Origin: Ruminococcus sp.
Lineage (GTDB): Bacteria > Bacillota > Clostridia > Oscillospirales > Ruminococcaceae
Length of the DNA stretch: 64,000 bases
Assembly (NCBI GenBank): GCA_045587105.1
Contig: JAZNBR010000056.1
Coordinates: 479 to 64,478, forward strand
Direction of reading: 5' to 3'
Both the position numbers and the translations under genes were made by a program. Under the pieces are notes generated by a model, which saw nothing but the letters and a program-made list of their open reading frames with translations, was not told the DNA's origin and made no database searches. Below are positions 6,835-16,424 of the stretch, piece after piece (the stretch's first letter is position 1; each line of letters begins with the position of its first letter).

Positions 6835-8541
6835 ATGAACGATTTACACGGCGGTTCTGAGGAACTCACCAGAGCTGAGAAAATTAAAAGAATAAAAAAA
6901 TCACTGCATCCGGAAGCACCTGCACCGAAGCCGGCAGTTCCCGAAGCTTTTGCACCGAAGCCGGCAGTTCCCGAAGCTCCTGCACCAGAGCCGGTCAGTG
7001 TATCTGCGGAATCCGACTGGGAACAGAAGCTTACACGCTTTCTGGAAGAAAAAAAACGTGCTCCCAGACCTTCCGGCGGAAGAACGGCGGAAAGTATTCT
7101 TGCTGAGCTTTTCGGCGAGGACTGCCTGACTTCCTCACCTGAGCCGAAAATCATCCCTGAACCAGTGCCGGAGCCGGAGGTAATTCCCGAACCAGTGCCG
7201 GAGCCGGAGGTAATCCCCGAACCAGTGCCGGAGCCGGAGATAATCCCCGAACCAGTGCCGGAGCTGGAGATAATCCCCGAACCAGTGCCGGAGCCGGAGG
7301 CAATTCCCGAACCAGTGCCGGAACAGGAAGTAATTCCCGAACCAGTGCCGGAACAGGAAGAATCCGGCAAAAAGAAAAAGGAAAAAAAGAAGAAGGAAAA
7401 GAGTTCCGGAGCAGTCACAAAGAAAAAGAAGAAAAGGACTTTCAAACAGCGATTCTTAGGGCTTTTTCCGCAGAAGGGCGACAAGGTTTCTGAAATTATC
7501 CGCAAGATTATCTTTCTGATTTCAATAATTGCAATCGTAGTCTGCGGATATCTCGTGGCTGACTACTACTTTGAACTCTGGCAGAGCAGGAAAATTACTG
7601 AGGAGGTCAGTAATCTCTACTGGACGTACGAAACAACAGAGCCGGCAACAGGCGAGGAGCATCCCGAAATCGAGCCGGACGGGGAGGGCAGGGAAAAGAA
7701 GGTCTACAAGCTTCTGCCCGGAGCAGAAAAGCTGCTCGACATCAACAAGGATGTTATCGGCTACATCAAGATAGACGGTACTCCAATTGACAACGTTGTA
7801 CTCAGGGGCGAGGACAACGTCGAATACCTTGACAAGAAGATAAGCGGCGAAAAGAACAGAACAGGAGAGCTTTTCCTTGACTGGCGCAATCACTTTGACG
7901 ACGTTGACGAGGAAGGTCATCTCAAGTACGGCAATTCGCACAATCTCATTATTCACGGTCATGCCATGAAGGATGAGTCGATGTTCGGCTCGCTTATAAA
8001 ATACCGCACAACGGACGGCTATTACAGCGAGCATCCGATAATTTACCTCAACTCGAATTACAGCCACTATACCTATAAGATTTTCTCTGTTTTCGTTGTT
8101 GACGCAGAGGATAAGACAGATACAAGGATGAACTGCTGGGATAAGCTCAATTTCACCAGCGAGGTGGATTTCTACGACTTCGTAAACGACGCAAAAAGGA
8201 GAAATATCCACACAAATGACGTGGATGTAAAGTACGGCGACCAGCTTCTTACGCTGTCAACCTGCGATACCTACCTCGGCGACAGGGGACGTCTTATTAT
8301 CATGGCACGCCGCGTCAGAGAGGGCGAGGATCCTCTTGAGGGAACTCAGAACAGCACCAGAAACCACAATATCAAGTGGCCTACGCTGTACTATAACTCG
8401 AATTCCGGCAAGTATGACCCCGATGATTTCGTTCCGTACAACGCACCGGCAGAGGAAAAAAAGCCTCAGTCCGGAGCTGAACAGCCAACATCCGCACAGA
8501 CGACATCCGCACAGACAACAACGGTATCCTCAGGAGTGTGA
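6835..8541 (+). CDS. srtB: Class B sortase with a ~245-aa low-complexity cytoplasmic N-terminal extension
   Basis: ORF 6757..8541 trimmed to ATG 6835. Contains [10 protein letters not shown] repeats, a Lys-rich block and a TM segment. The sortase B core is visible: [33 protein letters not shown]. Confidence 0.85.
   Translation: MNDLHGGSEELTRAEKIKRIKKSLHPEAPAPKPAVPEAFAPKPAVPEAPAPEPVSVSAESDWEQKLTRFLEEKKRAPRPSGGRTAESILAELFGEDCLTSSPEPKIIPEPVPEPEVIPEPVPEPEVIPEPVPEPEIIPEPVPELEIIPEPVPEPEAIPEPVPEQEVIPEPVPEQEESGKKKKEKKKKEKSSGAVTKKKKKRTFKQRFLGLFPQKGDKVSEIIRKIIFLISIIAIVVCGYLVADYYFELWQSRKITEEVSNLYWTYETTEPATGEEHPEIEPDGEGREKKVYKLLPGAEKLLDINKDVIGYIKIDGTPIDNVVLRGEDNVEYLDKKISGEKNRTGELFLDWRNHFDDVDEEGHLKYGNSHNLIIHGHAMKDESMFGSLIKYRTTDGYYSEHPIIYLNSNYSHYTYKIFSVFVVDAEDKTDTRMNCWDKLNFTSEVDFYDFVNDAKRRNIHTNDVDVKYGDQLLTLSTCDTYLGDRGRLIIMARRVREGEDPLEGTQNSTRNHNIKWPTLYYNSNSGKYDPDDFVPYNAPAEEKKPQSGAEQPTSAQTTSAQTTTVSSGV
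6913..6995 (+). repeat. About 2.7 copies of a 30-bp in-frame tandem repeat ([10 protein letters not shown])
   Basis: GAAGCACCTGCACCGAAGCCGGCAGTTCCC repeated with a few substitutions. Confidence 0.85.
7153..7362 (+). repeat. Seven near-identical 30-bp in-frame tandem repeats ([10 protein letters not shown]) inside the first sortase gene
   Basis: ATYCCBGAACCAGTGCCGGARCNGGARRWA x7, read directly from the sequence. Confidence 0.95.
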
Positions 8542-8547
8542 CATCTT

Positions 8548-9525
8548 ATGAACAATAAAATAAAAACTGCGGTCGCTGCTTTGTCTGCGGCTGCTGCCGT
8601 TGGAATGGGAGTTTTCGTTTTTTCCATCAGCAAGGACGGAAATGACAATCCGACTGTAAGCTCCTCTCAGGAAATTACAGAGCCCTCCACTCCGGAGCCG
8701 ACAACGGAATTCGTTCTGCCGGACGACTGGTCGAAAAATGTTGACTACGTTCCGTCCGACCACGGAATTACTCCGAAGGCAAGGGCAGTCAGCAGTGTGA
8801 ATCCCGACTACATCGCATGGATGAAGATTGACGGTACTCAGGTTGATTATCCGATACTGCTCGATCCAGGCGAAATACAGGCGAACGACGGCTTCCACGG
8901 AGCTGAAAATGCCGGAGAGATATACTACTACCTCTACCGGAATATCTACAAGGCTTATGAATTTGCCGGCTCAATCTTCATGGATTACCGCAATGTTCTC
9001 AATGCCTTCGGCGATGAACAGTCGGAAAATCTGATTCTGCACGGTCACGATATGCTCAACGAGAGTATGTTCGGCTCGTTCAGAAGATACCGCAATGAGA
9101 TCGGCTTCTACGAAAAATGCCAGTTTATGGAGATTGAATCAAAATACGGCAGGCAGGATTACGTTATCTTCGCATATCTCCCCACAAAGGGCGTGTACGA
9201 GGAAGGCGGCTTCAATTACTGGGATATGTGCGAGCTTGATACAAAGGAGCAGTTTGATTCCTATGTGAAAACCTGCGTTGACGGCTCAGTCCACGATACG
9301 GGAATTGACGTGCAGTTCGGCGACAAGCTTGTTACAATGTCCACCTGCTACAATACTATGGAGGATATGCGGTTTATCGTTGTGGCAAGAAGCCTCAGGG
9401 AAGGCGAGACAATCAGCGATTCCGCAAGCATCGCACATACACAGGAGTGGCTTGACGCACAGAAGGCTGCCGCAGAGGCGGAAGCCGCAAGCAGGGCAGA
9501 AGCAGAATCTGCCGCCGCAACCTGA
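8548..9525 (+). CDS. srtB: Class B sortase (second, tandem paralogue)
   Basis: 325 aa with an N-terminal TM segment and motifs YIAWMKIDGTQVDYP, ILHGHDM, TMSTCY, FIVVARS. Confidence 0.85.
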   Translation: MNNKIKTAVAALSAAAAVGMGVFVFSISKDGNDNPTVSSSQEITEPSTPEPTTEFVLPDDWSKNVDYVPSDHGITPKARAVSSVNPDYIAWMKIDGTQVDYPILLDPGEIQANDGFHGAENAGEIYYYLYRNIYKAYEFAGSIFMDYRNVLNAFGDEQSENLILHGHDMLNESMFGSFRRYRNEIGFYEKCQFMEIESKYGRQDYVIFAYLPTKGVYEEGGFNYWDMCELDTKEQFDSYVKTCVDGSVHDTGIDVQFGDKLVTMSTCYNTMEDMRFIVVARSLREGETISDSASIAHTQEWLDAQKAAAEAEAASRAEAESAAAT

Positions 9526-9541
9526 TTTATAGGTGATTTTT

Positions 9542-11164
9542 ATGAAAAACAGACAATCTATGAAAAGTACTGCCGCTGTTCTGGCAGGACTTATCGCTCT
9601 GACGGGAACGGTCTCGCTTATCGGCTACGCAGCCGGTCAGGAGCCTTCCTCAACAACTGAAATCAGTACGGCTGAAACAAGTACGACTGAAATCAGCACG
9701 GCTGAAACCGGCACCTCCGCAAGCACAGCGGAATCTCAGGCAGGTACTGAGACTTCCACAGAAACAGCGGAAATTCCGGCGGAAGAAAGTACAGCGGAAA
9801 TCGACTGGACAAAGGCTGATATATCGGCTTATGACGAAAGTCTGTCGCTTGTGAGCTACGAGGAGACAACTCCCGAAATGCTTGAAACAGTCGGAGTGAA
9901 AACGGCTTCTGAGGACGGCGATGAACTCACTGAGGAGGAATTCGCGGCTATGACCGAAAGACGCCGGAAAATCAAGAAGCTCTCTCCGTCCCTGACAAGA
10001 AAGGGAAGCAACGCAGAGCCGACAACGGTCGAGCTTTATCTCTCAGGAAAGCCGGTTGGTGAGATTCCGCCCTCTCAGGGAGTTGATGCGGAAGGTCAGC
10101 CCGGAAGCTTCACCTTCGTTACATACGGCTGGGGACACGGAGTCGGTCTCAGCCAGAACGGTGCAAACTTCTATGCTTCGTACAGCGGCTGGACATATCA
10201 GGATATCCTGTTCCACTACTATCCCGGAACGTTTCTGATGAATACCGGTCTGACTGACTACGAGGAGCTTACTGTCCGTCACCAGCCCTACGGTGAGGAT
10301 ACCCTCGACCTTGTATCGCAGATTGTATACAACGAGGTCGGCGGCTCCATGGCTTACGAGGCAATAAAGGCTCAGGCAGTTGCTGTATATACATATATAA
10401 AGTATAACGGCGATGATTCCAACGACCTCCGCCCGAAGGCAGATCCGCCGCAGATTGTAATTGACGCGTGTGCTGAGGTACTCGGAGAGGCTCTTTTCTA
10501 TGACGGAGACTACGCTCTGACGATGTTCTATGCGTCAAGCGGAGGCTGTACAGCCAACTGCTACGAGATATTCTATCAGGATATTCCCTATCTGACGTGT
10601 GTTCCCAGCGATTACGACGGTGCCTATGATCCGCATTTCGGAACTGTTACATACATAAGCTCGGCGATGATGAGGTACAAGATTGAAACTGCGTACGGAA
10701 TCACGCTGTCGGACGATCCCTCGAACTGGATTGTACCGATATATTCCGAGGATACAGGCTATATAACGGATGTTCTTATAGACGGACAGATGTACGTCAA
10801 GGGCTATGCGTTCTCGCTTGCAATGGGACTTAAATCGTGCAAGTTTGATCTGTTCTATACCCCGACAGATGAGGAAGAGGCAGGCGGACTTCTTGGTGAA
10901 GCACCCATGCCTGATGTTCCCATGCCGGATGTGCCGGTGTCAGGAATTCTGCCGGATATACAGATACCTGCCGAGGAGCCTTCAGAGGAGTCAACAGAGG
11001 ACACTACTGAGGATCCCACAGGCGAGCCGACAGAAGCCCCCACGACTTCCGAAGATGTTACGGAGCCTTCAACAGAGGAGACAACAACCTCCGGAGATGT
11101 TACAGAGGAGCCTTCAGCTGAGGTGACAACAGGGGAGACAACGACTTCCGGTGATGATAATTAA
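9542..11164 (+). CDS. SpoIID/LytB-domain protein (peptidoglycan remodelling)
   Basis: ATG 9542 lies behind AGGTGA; the track start at 9533 is GTG. Signal/TM N-terminus, GWGHGVGLSQNGA motif, Thr/Glu-rich low-complexity ends. Confidence 0.8.
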   Translation: MKNRQSMKSTAAVLAGLIALTGTVSLIGYAAGQEPSSTTEISTAETSTTEISTAETGTSASTAESQAGTETSTETAEIPAEESTAEIDWTKADISAYDESLSLVSYEETTPEMLETVGVKTASEDGDELTEEEFAAMTERRRKIKKLSPSLTRKGSNAEPTTVELYLSGKPVGEIPPSQGVDAEGQPGSFTFVTYGWGHGVGLSQNGANFYASYSGWTYQDILFHYYPGTFLMNTGLTDYEELTVRHQPYGEDTLDLVSQIVYNEVGGSMAYEAIKAQAVAVYTYIKYNGDDSNDLRPKADPPQIVIDACAEVLGEALFYDGDYALTMFYASSGGCTANCYEIFYQDIPYLTCVPSDYDGAYDPHFGTVTYISSAMMRYKIETAYGITLSDDPSNWIVPIYSEDTGYITDVLIDGQMYVKGYAFSLAMGLKSCKFDLFYTPTDEEEAGGLLGEAPMPDVPMPDVPVSGILPDIQIPAEEPSEESTEDTTEDPTGEPTEAPTTSEDVTEPSTEETTTSGDVTEEPSAEVTTGETTTSGDDN

Positions 11165-11165
11165 T

Positions 11166-11407
11166 AATTCGGAATGCGGAATTCGGAATTAATTGTATCG
11201 GCTTCGCCGATGGATTGAAATTTAAATGGCAACTGTTTTTTACGGTTGCCATTTGTTATTTTTTGATATTTTACGTTGTGTGGACATTTATGCGGACGAC
11301 CAATGGTCGTCCCTACAATCGGATTCATATAATTTTCGGTATAATATTTTAAATCCGTCCCGAAGGGACACCACAGCTAAAAGCTAACGGCTAATAGCTA
11401 AAAGCTG
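11166..11407. repeat. Mosaic repeat cluster e
   Basis: CGGAATK heptamers, B(+) 11195-11222, terminator hairpin, GTAGGG-hairpin(-) 11292-11317, AT-rich linker, B(-) 11347-11375, GCTAANN array. About 170 bp is collinear with clusters f and h in opposite orientation. Confidence 0.9.
11226..11265 (+). terminator. Rho-independent terminator after the SpoIID-domain gene (part of cluster e)
   Basis: ATGGCAACTG-TTTTTTA-CGGTTGCCAT followed by TTGTTATTTTTT. Confidence 0.8.
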
Positions 11408-11468
11408 AATTTATATAATATTCATGAAAATGCACAATTCTGTTGGTTGGATTTGTGCATTTTTGCAC

Positions 11469-11497
11469 TTGTAAAATTTTTCAGTTCGTTGTATAAT
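11469..11497 (+). promoter_or_regulatory. Candidate sigma-A promoter of the dcw cluster (Pmra)
   Basis: TTGTAA (11469-11474), 17-nt spacer, TATAAT (11492-11497). Confidence 0.55.
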
Positions 11498-11502
11498 TAT
11501 AG

Positions 11503-11531
11503 TGTGGTGAAAAAAGGTGATTGGATGGTGA
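11503..11531 (+). promoter_or_regulatory. Candidate MraZ operator: three direct GGTGA repeats at 10-11-bp spacing
   Basis: GGTGA at 11506-10, 11516-20 and 11527-31, just downstream of the -10 box and upstream of mraZ. Confidence 0.45.
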
Positions 11532-11598
11532 AATTTCCAAAAAAATGGTGAAGTTTTCCACATCTGTTGAAAACGAAGTTGAAAGCGAGGCGAAGTTC

Positions 11599-12036
11599 AT
11601 GAACGATCCGTTATGCGGTACCTTTTATCCAAGCATAGATCAGAAGGGACGTATGAGCTTCCCGACAAAGCTTCGTGAGATACTCGGTCCGGAGTTCTAT
11701 CTCTGTGCCGGTCATGATAATCACTATATCGCCGTATACTCTCCTGAGGAATTTCAGGTGTACAGAAGCAAGCTCCTTTCCATTAAAGGTAAGGCGGGCA
11801 GCGATATCCGCCGTCTTCTCCTTTCCTGTGCCGATAAGCAGGTGCCGGACAAGCAGGGAAGAATCCTTATTACCCAGACTCTCAGAGATCATGCCGGTAT
11901 AGGCGCTGAGGATGACGTTGTCGTTATCGGCTCTGAAAACAGGGCGGAAATATGGAAAAGGGCAAAGTGGGAGGAATTCAACAGCACTATCTCAATAGAA
12001 GATATTGCAGACGCGCTGTCAGACCTCGTCCTTTGA
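11599..12036 (+). CDS. mraZ: Transcriptional regulator MraZ
   Basis: ORF 11521..12036 trimmed to ATG 11599 behind GAGG. Duplicated SpoVT/AbrB-like motif (DQKGRMSFP / DKQGRILI). First gene of the dcw cluster. Confidence 0.9.
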   Translation: MNDPLCGTFYPSIDQKGRMSFPTKLREILGPEFYLCAGHDNHYIAVYSPEEFQVYRSKLLSIKGKAGSDIRRLLLSCADKQVPDKQGRILITQTLRDHAGIGAEDDVVVIGSENRAEIWKRAKWEEFNSTISIEDIADALSDLVL

Positions 12037-12129
12037 TAACATTTATGACGTCCGGTGTGCTTACAGTCAGGCCCGTGAAAAAACGGTGTGCTTAGAGATT
12101 GCAGGCCCGGATAAAAGGAGTAAGGAAAA

Positions 12130-13071
12130 ATGGAATTTACCCATGTTCCCGTGCTGGCACAGGAGTGCATGGAGGGGCTTGATATCAAGCCGGATGGCAT
12201 CTACATCGACGGTACTGCCGGTGGCGGCGGTCACTCGTTCCTCATAGCATCCCGTCTCAGCGAAAAGGGAAGGCTTATATCACTTGACCGTGACCCCGAC
12301 GCAGTCGCCGCCGCTTCACAAAGGCTGGCTGGCTTTTGCAACGCTCAGGTCATTCACAGTAATTACTCACAGCTGCGTGAGGTGCTTGACGAACTCGGAA
12401 TCGCCGCCGTTGACGGTATCCTTATGGATCTCGGCGTGTCGTCCTATCAGCTCGACGAGGGAAGCAGAGGCTTCTCCTATCACCTTGACGCTCCCCTTGA
12501 TATGCGTATGAGCAAGGAGGGGATCAGTGCTGCGGATATCGTAAATACGTACTCCGAGCAGGAGCTGGCAAGGATTATCTTTGAGTACGGTGAGGAGAAA
12601 TTCTCACGCCGTATTGCAGCTAATATCGTGAAGGAACGTGCTGTCAGACCGGTTGAGACAACATCGCAGCTCGCAGATCTGATAAGACTCAGTGTTCCTC
12701 AGAAGGCAAGACGTGAAAAAAACCCATGCAAAAAGACCTTTCAGGCAATAAGAATCGCTGTAAACGGTGAGTTCGAGCATCTCTCGCAGGGACTCGACAG
12801 CGCATTTGCAAGCCTTAAGGCAGGAGGCAGACTTGCAGTTATAACCTTCCACTCTCTTGAGGACAGACTCGTCAAGCAGAGATTCGCAGGATGGTGCAAA
12901 GGCTGTATATGTCCTCCGGATTTTCCCCAGTGCGTATGCGGACGCAAGCCGCAGGGAACTCTTGTGAACAGAAAGCCCATTGAGGCAAATGAAAAAGAAC
13001 TGGAAAACAACAACAGAAGCAGAAGCGCAAAGCTCAGGGTTATAGAAAGGAGTGCGGAAGCTGATGGCTGA
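12130..13071 (+). CDS. rsmH: 16S rRNA (cytosine1402-N4)-methyltransferase RsmH
   Basis: 313 aa: HVPVL, DGTAGGGGHS, DLGVSSYQLD. Confidence 0.95.
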   Translation: MEFTHVPVLAQECMEGLDIKPDGIYIDGTAGGGGHSFLIASRLSEKGRLISLDRDPDAVAAASQRLAGFCNAQVIHSNYSQLREVLDELGIAAVDGILMDLGVSSYQLDEGSRGFSYHLDAPLDMRMSKEGISAADIVNTYSEQELARIIFEYGEEKFSRRIAANIVKERAVRPVETTSQLADLIRLSVPQKARREKNPCKKTFQAIRIAVNGEFEHLSQGLDSAFASLKAGGRLAVITFHSLEDRLVKQRFAGWCKGCICPPDFPQCVCGRKPQGTLVNRKPIEANEKELENNNRSRSAKLRVIERSAEADG

Positions 13072-13603
13072 TAATTTCGCCTTCCTGTTTAACGACATCG
13101 ACGACGATTTCAGCTATGTCTTCTCTGATGCTCCCAATGTATCCGGCAGTGAAGCGTCTGTACCGGAACCGCCGGACTCTGAAACGGAATCGGAAAAAGA
13201 AGAAAAGCCCGTTGTCAGATACAGACGTACCGAGGCAAGAAAAGGCTCGGTTTTCAGGATTATCGTAATATCCTTACTCGCTGCGGGACTGCTCGGCTCG
13301 GTTATCTACTCCCTTGACAGAAGAAGCTCCATGTACAACAAGGTGACTTCCTACAATGACAAGCTGGAGCTTGCAGAAGCCGAAAATGCCAGACTGCAGT
13401 CTGAGCTTGAAAGCAAAATGTCTGTGAAAAACGTCGAAGAATATGCAGAAAATGTTCTCGGTATGCAGAAGATAGATCCTTCGCAGATCGAATTCATTAA
13501 GATACAGACAGGTGACGTGGTGATTATTCCGGAGCAGAAAAAATCCTTTTTCGATAAGGTCGGGGATTTTTTTGACAAATGTGCGGAATATTTCAAAGGG
13601 TAG
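13064..13603 (+). CDS. ftsL: FtsL-like cell-division protein (single TM plus coiled coil)
   Basis: ATG 13064 behind AAAGGAG, overlapping the rsmH stop. TM segment VFRIIVISLLAAGLLGSVIY, then a leucine-rich coil. Conserved position between rsmH and pbp. Confidence 0.7.
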   Translation: MADNFAFLFNDIDDDFSYVFSDAPNVSGSEASVPEPPDSETESEKEEKPVVRYRRTEARKGSVFRIIVISLLAAGLLGSVIYSLDRRSSMYNKVTSYNDKLELAEAENARLQSELESKMSVKNVEEYAENVLGMQKIDPSQIEFIKIQTGDVVIIPEQKKSFFDKVGDFFDKCAEYFKG

Positions 13604-14020
13604 TACAAATATAAATATAAGGGCGGCAACGTACAAGGTCTCAGGCGGAGCTTGCAGTGAGCTGTCATAACTGCCCGTAATTATTAATGATGCTATCGGC
13701 AGAAATGCCGTAGTTATATGTAGGACACGGAGATACAGCGAGTGGTCGGATAAGGAATCACCTTCCCGGATCCGTGAGAATCCGGGAAAGGCGATTCTGC
13801 GCTTGGACAGCGACAGGATCCTTCGTCGTATCAGATGAAAAAGGACGTCTGAAGATGTTCAGAGGCGGGGCAGATTTTCTTACCCTGCCTTATTCTATTT
13901 ATGCCAATTTACTGCTCCCCAAACTAAACCCTGCTGTCAGATATCCGGCACAAAGAAAATTTCTTTCTGTTCCGGCAAAGTTTAATTGGTGGAGCAATAC
14001 AAGCAGGTCAGGAGGCTTTT

Positions 14021-16387
14021 ATGGCAATTCACAATCCCTCGTTTTCAATGAGATTCAGGACAAAGGTCGTCATGACGGCAGTGTTCTTCGTTCTGTTTGC
14101 TCTCGTTGCTGCAAACTTCTTCAAGATATCAGTCGTCAACAACAAGAAGTATCAGGCAATGGCAAACAGCCAGCACTTCGGCTCGATTACAATATCCGCC
14201 CACAGAGGAACTATCTTCGACTCCGGCGGAAATGCTCTCGCAAAGAGTGCAACTGTGTACAAGGTGTATCTTGATCCGTCAATGTTCAAGACAGAGCTTG
14301 AGGAGCTTCAGAAGCGTATCGACAAGCGGAACAAGGACAAGAAAAACGGCGACTACAAGCCGGAATACGATGAAAACGGCGTTGAAAAGAACGCTCTGCC
14401 GGAATCCTCCTACGCATTTACTGAGCAGATGGTTGCCTTTGTTGCCGAAAAGCTCATGATAGAGCCGGATAAGATAAGAAAGGCTATGGAGGAGGATACG
14501 CAGTACAGCGTGCTTCAGGATCAGGTGGAAAAGCCTGTCGCTGACGAGGTTCTCGGCTTCTTCAACCAGTACGGAATGATTTCCCTTGCCGTTGAGGAGG
14601 ATACAAAGAGATACTATCCGCAGTCGGAGCTTGCGGCTTCTGTTCTCGGCTTCACAACCGCAGACGGAAACGGTATCTACGGAATCGAATCCTACTACGA
14701 TGAATACCTCTCCGGCATAGACGGCAGAACAATCTCGGCAAAGGACTCCAACGGAAACGAGCTTCCGTACAGATATTCAAAGACCTATGACGCCAAAAAC
14801 GGCGATGATATATATCTTACAATAGATATGAAGATTCAGTATATCCTTGAACAGCACCTTCAGGAAATGGTCGAGGAGCACAAGGTTAAAAACAGGGGAT
14901 GTGCTATCCTCATGAACGCCAAGACCGGCGAAGTCTACGGAATGGCTCAGTATCCCAGCTTTGATCTCAACAATCCATACAAGATAGACGAGGCAAAGGA
15001 GGCAGAGATCAAGGCGGAAAAGGACGAGACAAAGTCGAATATGCTTCTTGCCGCAGAGCGTGAGGCTCAGTGGAAAAACAAGAATATCACTGAGGTCTAC
15101 GAGCCGGGCTCTGTATTCAAGGTAATTACAAGTGCGGCAGGCTTTGAGGAAAATCTTATCCTTGAAAATGATAAGTTCTACTGCAAGGGCTATGTGGAGC
15201 TTGAAGGTCATGCTGCCCCCATTCACTGTCACGATACTGCCGGTCACGGAACCATCCCGTATCAGGTGGCTCTGACGAAATCGTGCAACCCTGCCTTCAT
15301 GGAGATAGGCAGACGTCTCGGCATACATAAATTCTCATACTACCTTGACGCATTCGGTCTTAACCAGAAAACGGGAATTGACCTTCCGGCGGAAAGCGAG
15401 GGCGTTGTAATCGAAGAAGAAAAAATGACTCACGTCGATCTTGCTGTACATTCCTTCGGACAGGGCGAAACTGTTACCCCCATTGAAATGATAACGGCAT
15501 ACTGTGCCGCAATCAACGGAGGATATCTGCTCCAGCCATACGTTGTTGACAAAATCGTTGACGAGGACGGAAATACCGTTCTCCAGAATGAAAGAACAGT
15601 CCGCCGTCAGGTTGTATCCGAGGAAACCTCAGCTAAGATGAGGGACGCTCTTTTCCATGTTGTTGAGGACAACAACGGCGGAAACGTTTCAATCAAGGGA
15701 TATTCAATAGGCGGAAAATCCGGTACTGCCCAGCGACTCAGTATTACCAGTCAGGACGAGGAAATCACTGAGGAAGGCGAAAACAAGGAGATTCAGGAGT
15801 ATGCGGCTTCGTATGTATGCTTTACTCCTGCTGATGATCCTGAAATTATACTCCTTGTAATGGCGGATATGCCAGACAAGACAAACAACCAGTATTACGG
15901 AAGCGTCGTTGCTGTTCCTACGGCAAGAGATATCCTCACCGATGTTCTTCCGTATCTCGGAATAAGCCCTGAATATTCCGACGAGGAAATAAAGAATCTT
16001 GATGTCAAGATTCCGCTGCTTGAAGGCTCGCTCGATGACGCCAAAAAGACTCTTGAAGGTCTTGGCATGAGATACGAGGTAATCGGCAACGGAATTGAGG
16101 TTGTGGCACAGTCTCCGCAGACGGGATCTGCTGTCGCAAAGGACGGCTGTGTATACCTCTACACGGAACAGGGACATACCGCCGACTACACGACCGTTCC
16201 CGATGTTGTGGGCGGATATCTCGACTGGGCTAACGAACAGCTTACATACTGCGAGCTTAATTACGTCGCACGAGGAGCAATGCGCTCTGAGGCTGTCGTG
16301 AGCAGTCAGTCACTCCCACCCGGAACAAGGGTTAAGGTCGGAACGGCTATCGAGCTTGAATTTACTGTCTACGAAAGCGGAGACTGA
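14021..16387 (+). CDS. Class B penicillin-binding protein (FtsI/PBP2B/SpoVD family) with C-terminal PASTA domains
   Basis: 788 aa with GGAGG RBS, SVFK, SCN and KSGT motifs, and two PASTA-like repeats at the C-terminus. Confidence 0.92.
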   Translation: MAIHNPSFSMRFRTKVVMTAVFFVLFALVAANFFKISVVNNKKYQAMANSQHFGSITISAHRGTIFDSGGNALAKSATVYKVYLDPSMFKTELEELQKRIDKRNKDKKNGDYKPEYDENGVEKNALPESSYAFTEQMVAFVAEKLMIEPDKIRKAMEEDTQYSVLQDQVEKPVADEVLGFFNQYGMISLAVEEDTKRYYPQSELAASVLGFTTADGNGIYGIESYYDEYLSGIDGRTISAKDSNGNELPYRYSKTYDAKNGDDIYLTIDMKIQYILEQHLQEMVEEHKVKNRGCAILMNAKTGEVYGMAQYPSFDLNNPYKIDEAKEAEIKAEKDETKSNMLLAAEREAQWKNKNITEVYEPGSVFKVITSAAGFEENLILENDKFYCKGYVELEGHAAPIHCHDTAGHGTIPYQVALTKSCNPAFMEIGRRLGIHKFSYYLDAFGLNQKTGIDLPAESEGVVIEEEKMTHVDLAVHSFGQGETVTPIEMITAYCAAINGGYLLQPYVVDKIVDEDGNTVLQNERTVRRQVVSEETSAKMRDALFHVVEDNNGGNVSIKGYSIGGKSGTAQRLSITSQDEEITEEGENKEIQEYAASYVCFTPADDPEIILLVMADMPDKTNNQYYGSVVAVPTARDILTDVLPYLGISPEYSDEEIKNLDVKIPLLEGSLDDAKKTLEGLGMRYEVIGNGIEVVAQSPQTGSAVAKDGCVYLYTEQGHTADYTTVPDVVGGYLDWANEQLTYCELNYVARGAMRSEAVVSSQSLPPGTRVKVGTAIELEFTVYESGD

Positions 16388-16424
16388 TATATTGCTCAAA
16401 AATAAAGCAAAAAGGAGGATCTGC

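Noticed and set aside
6717-7505. 262-aa minus-strand ORF with striking SGTGSGI repeats
   Set aside because: It is the reverse-complement reading of the 30-bp VNTR and Lys-rich block of the sortase gene. The forward frame continues into a bona fide sortase domain.
13774-14274. 166-aa ORF in the ftsL-pbp spacer
   Set aside because: It has no RBS, overlaps the pbp start in another frame, and has no motifs. The spacer is reported as a non-coding finding instead.
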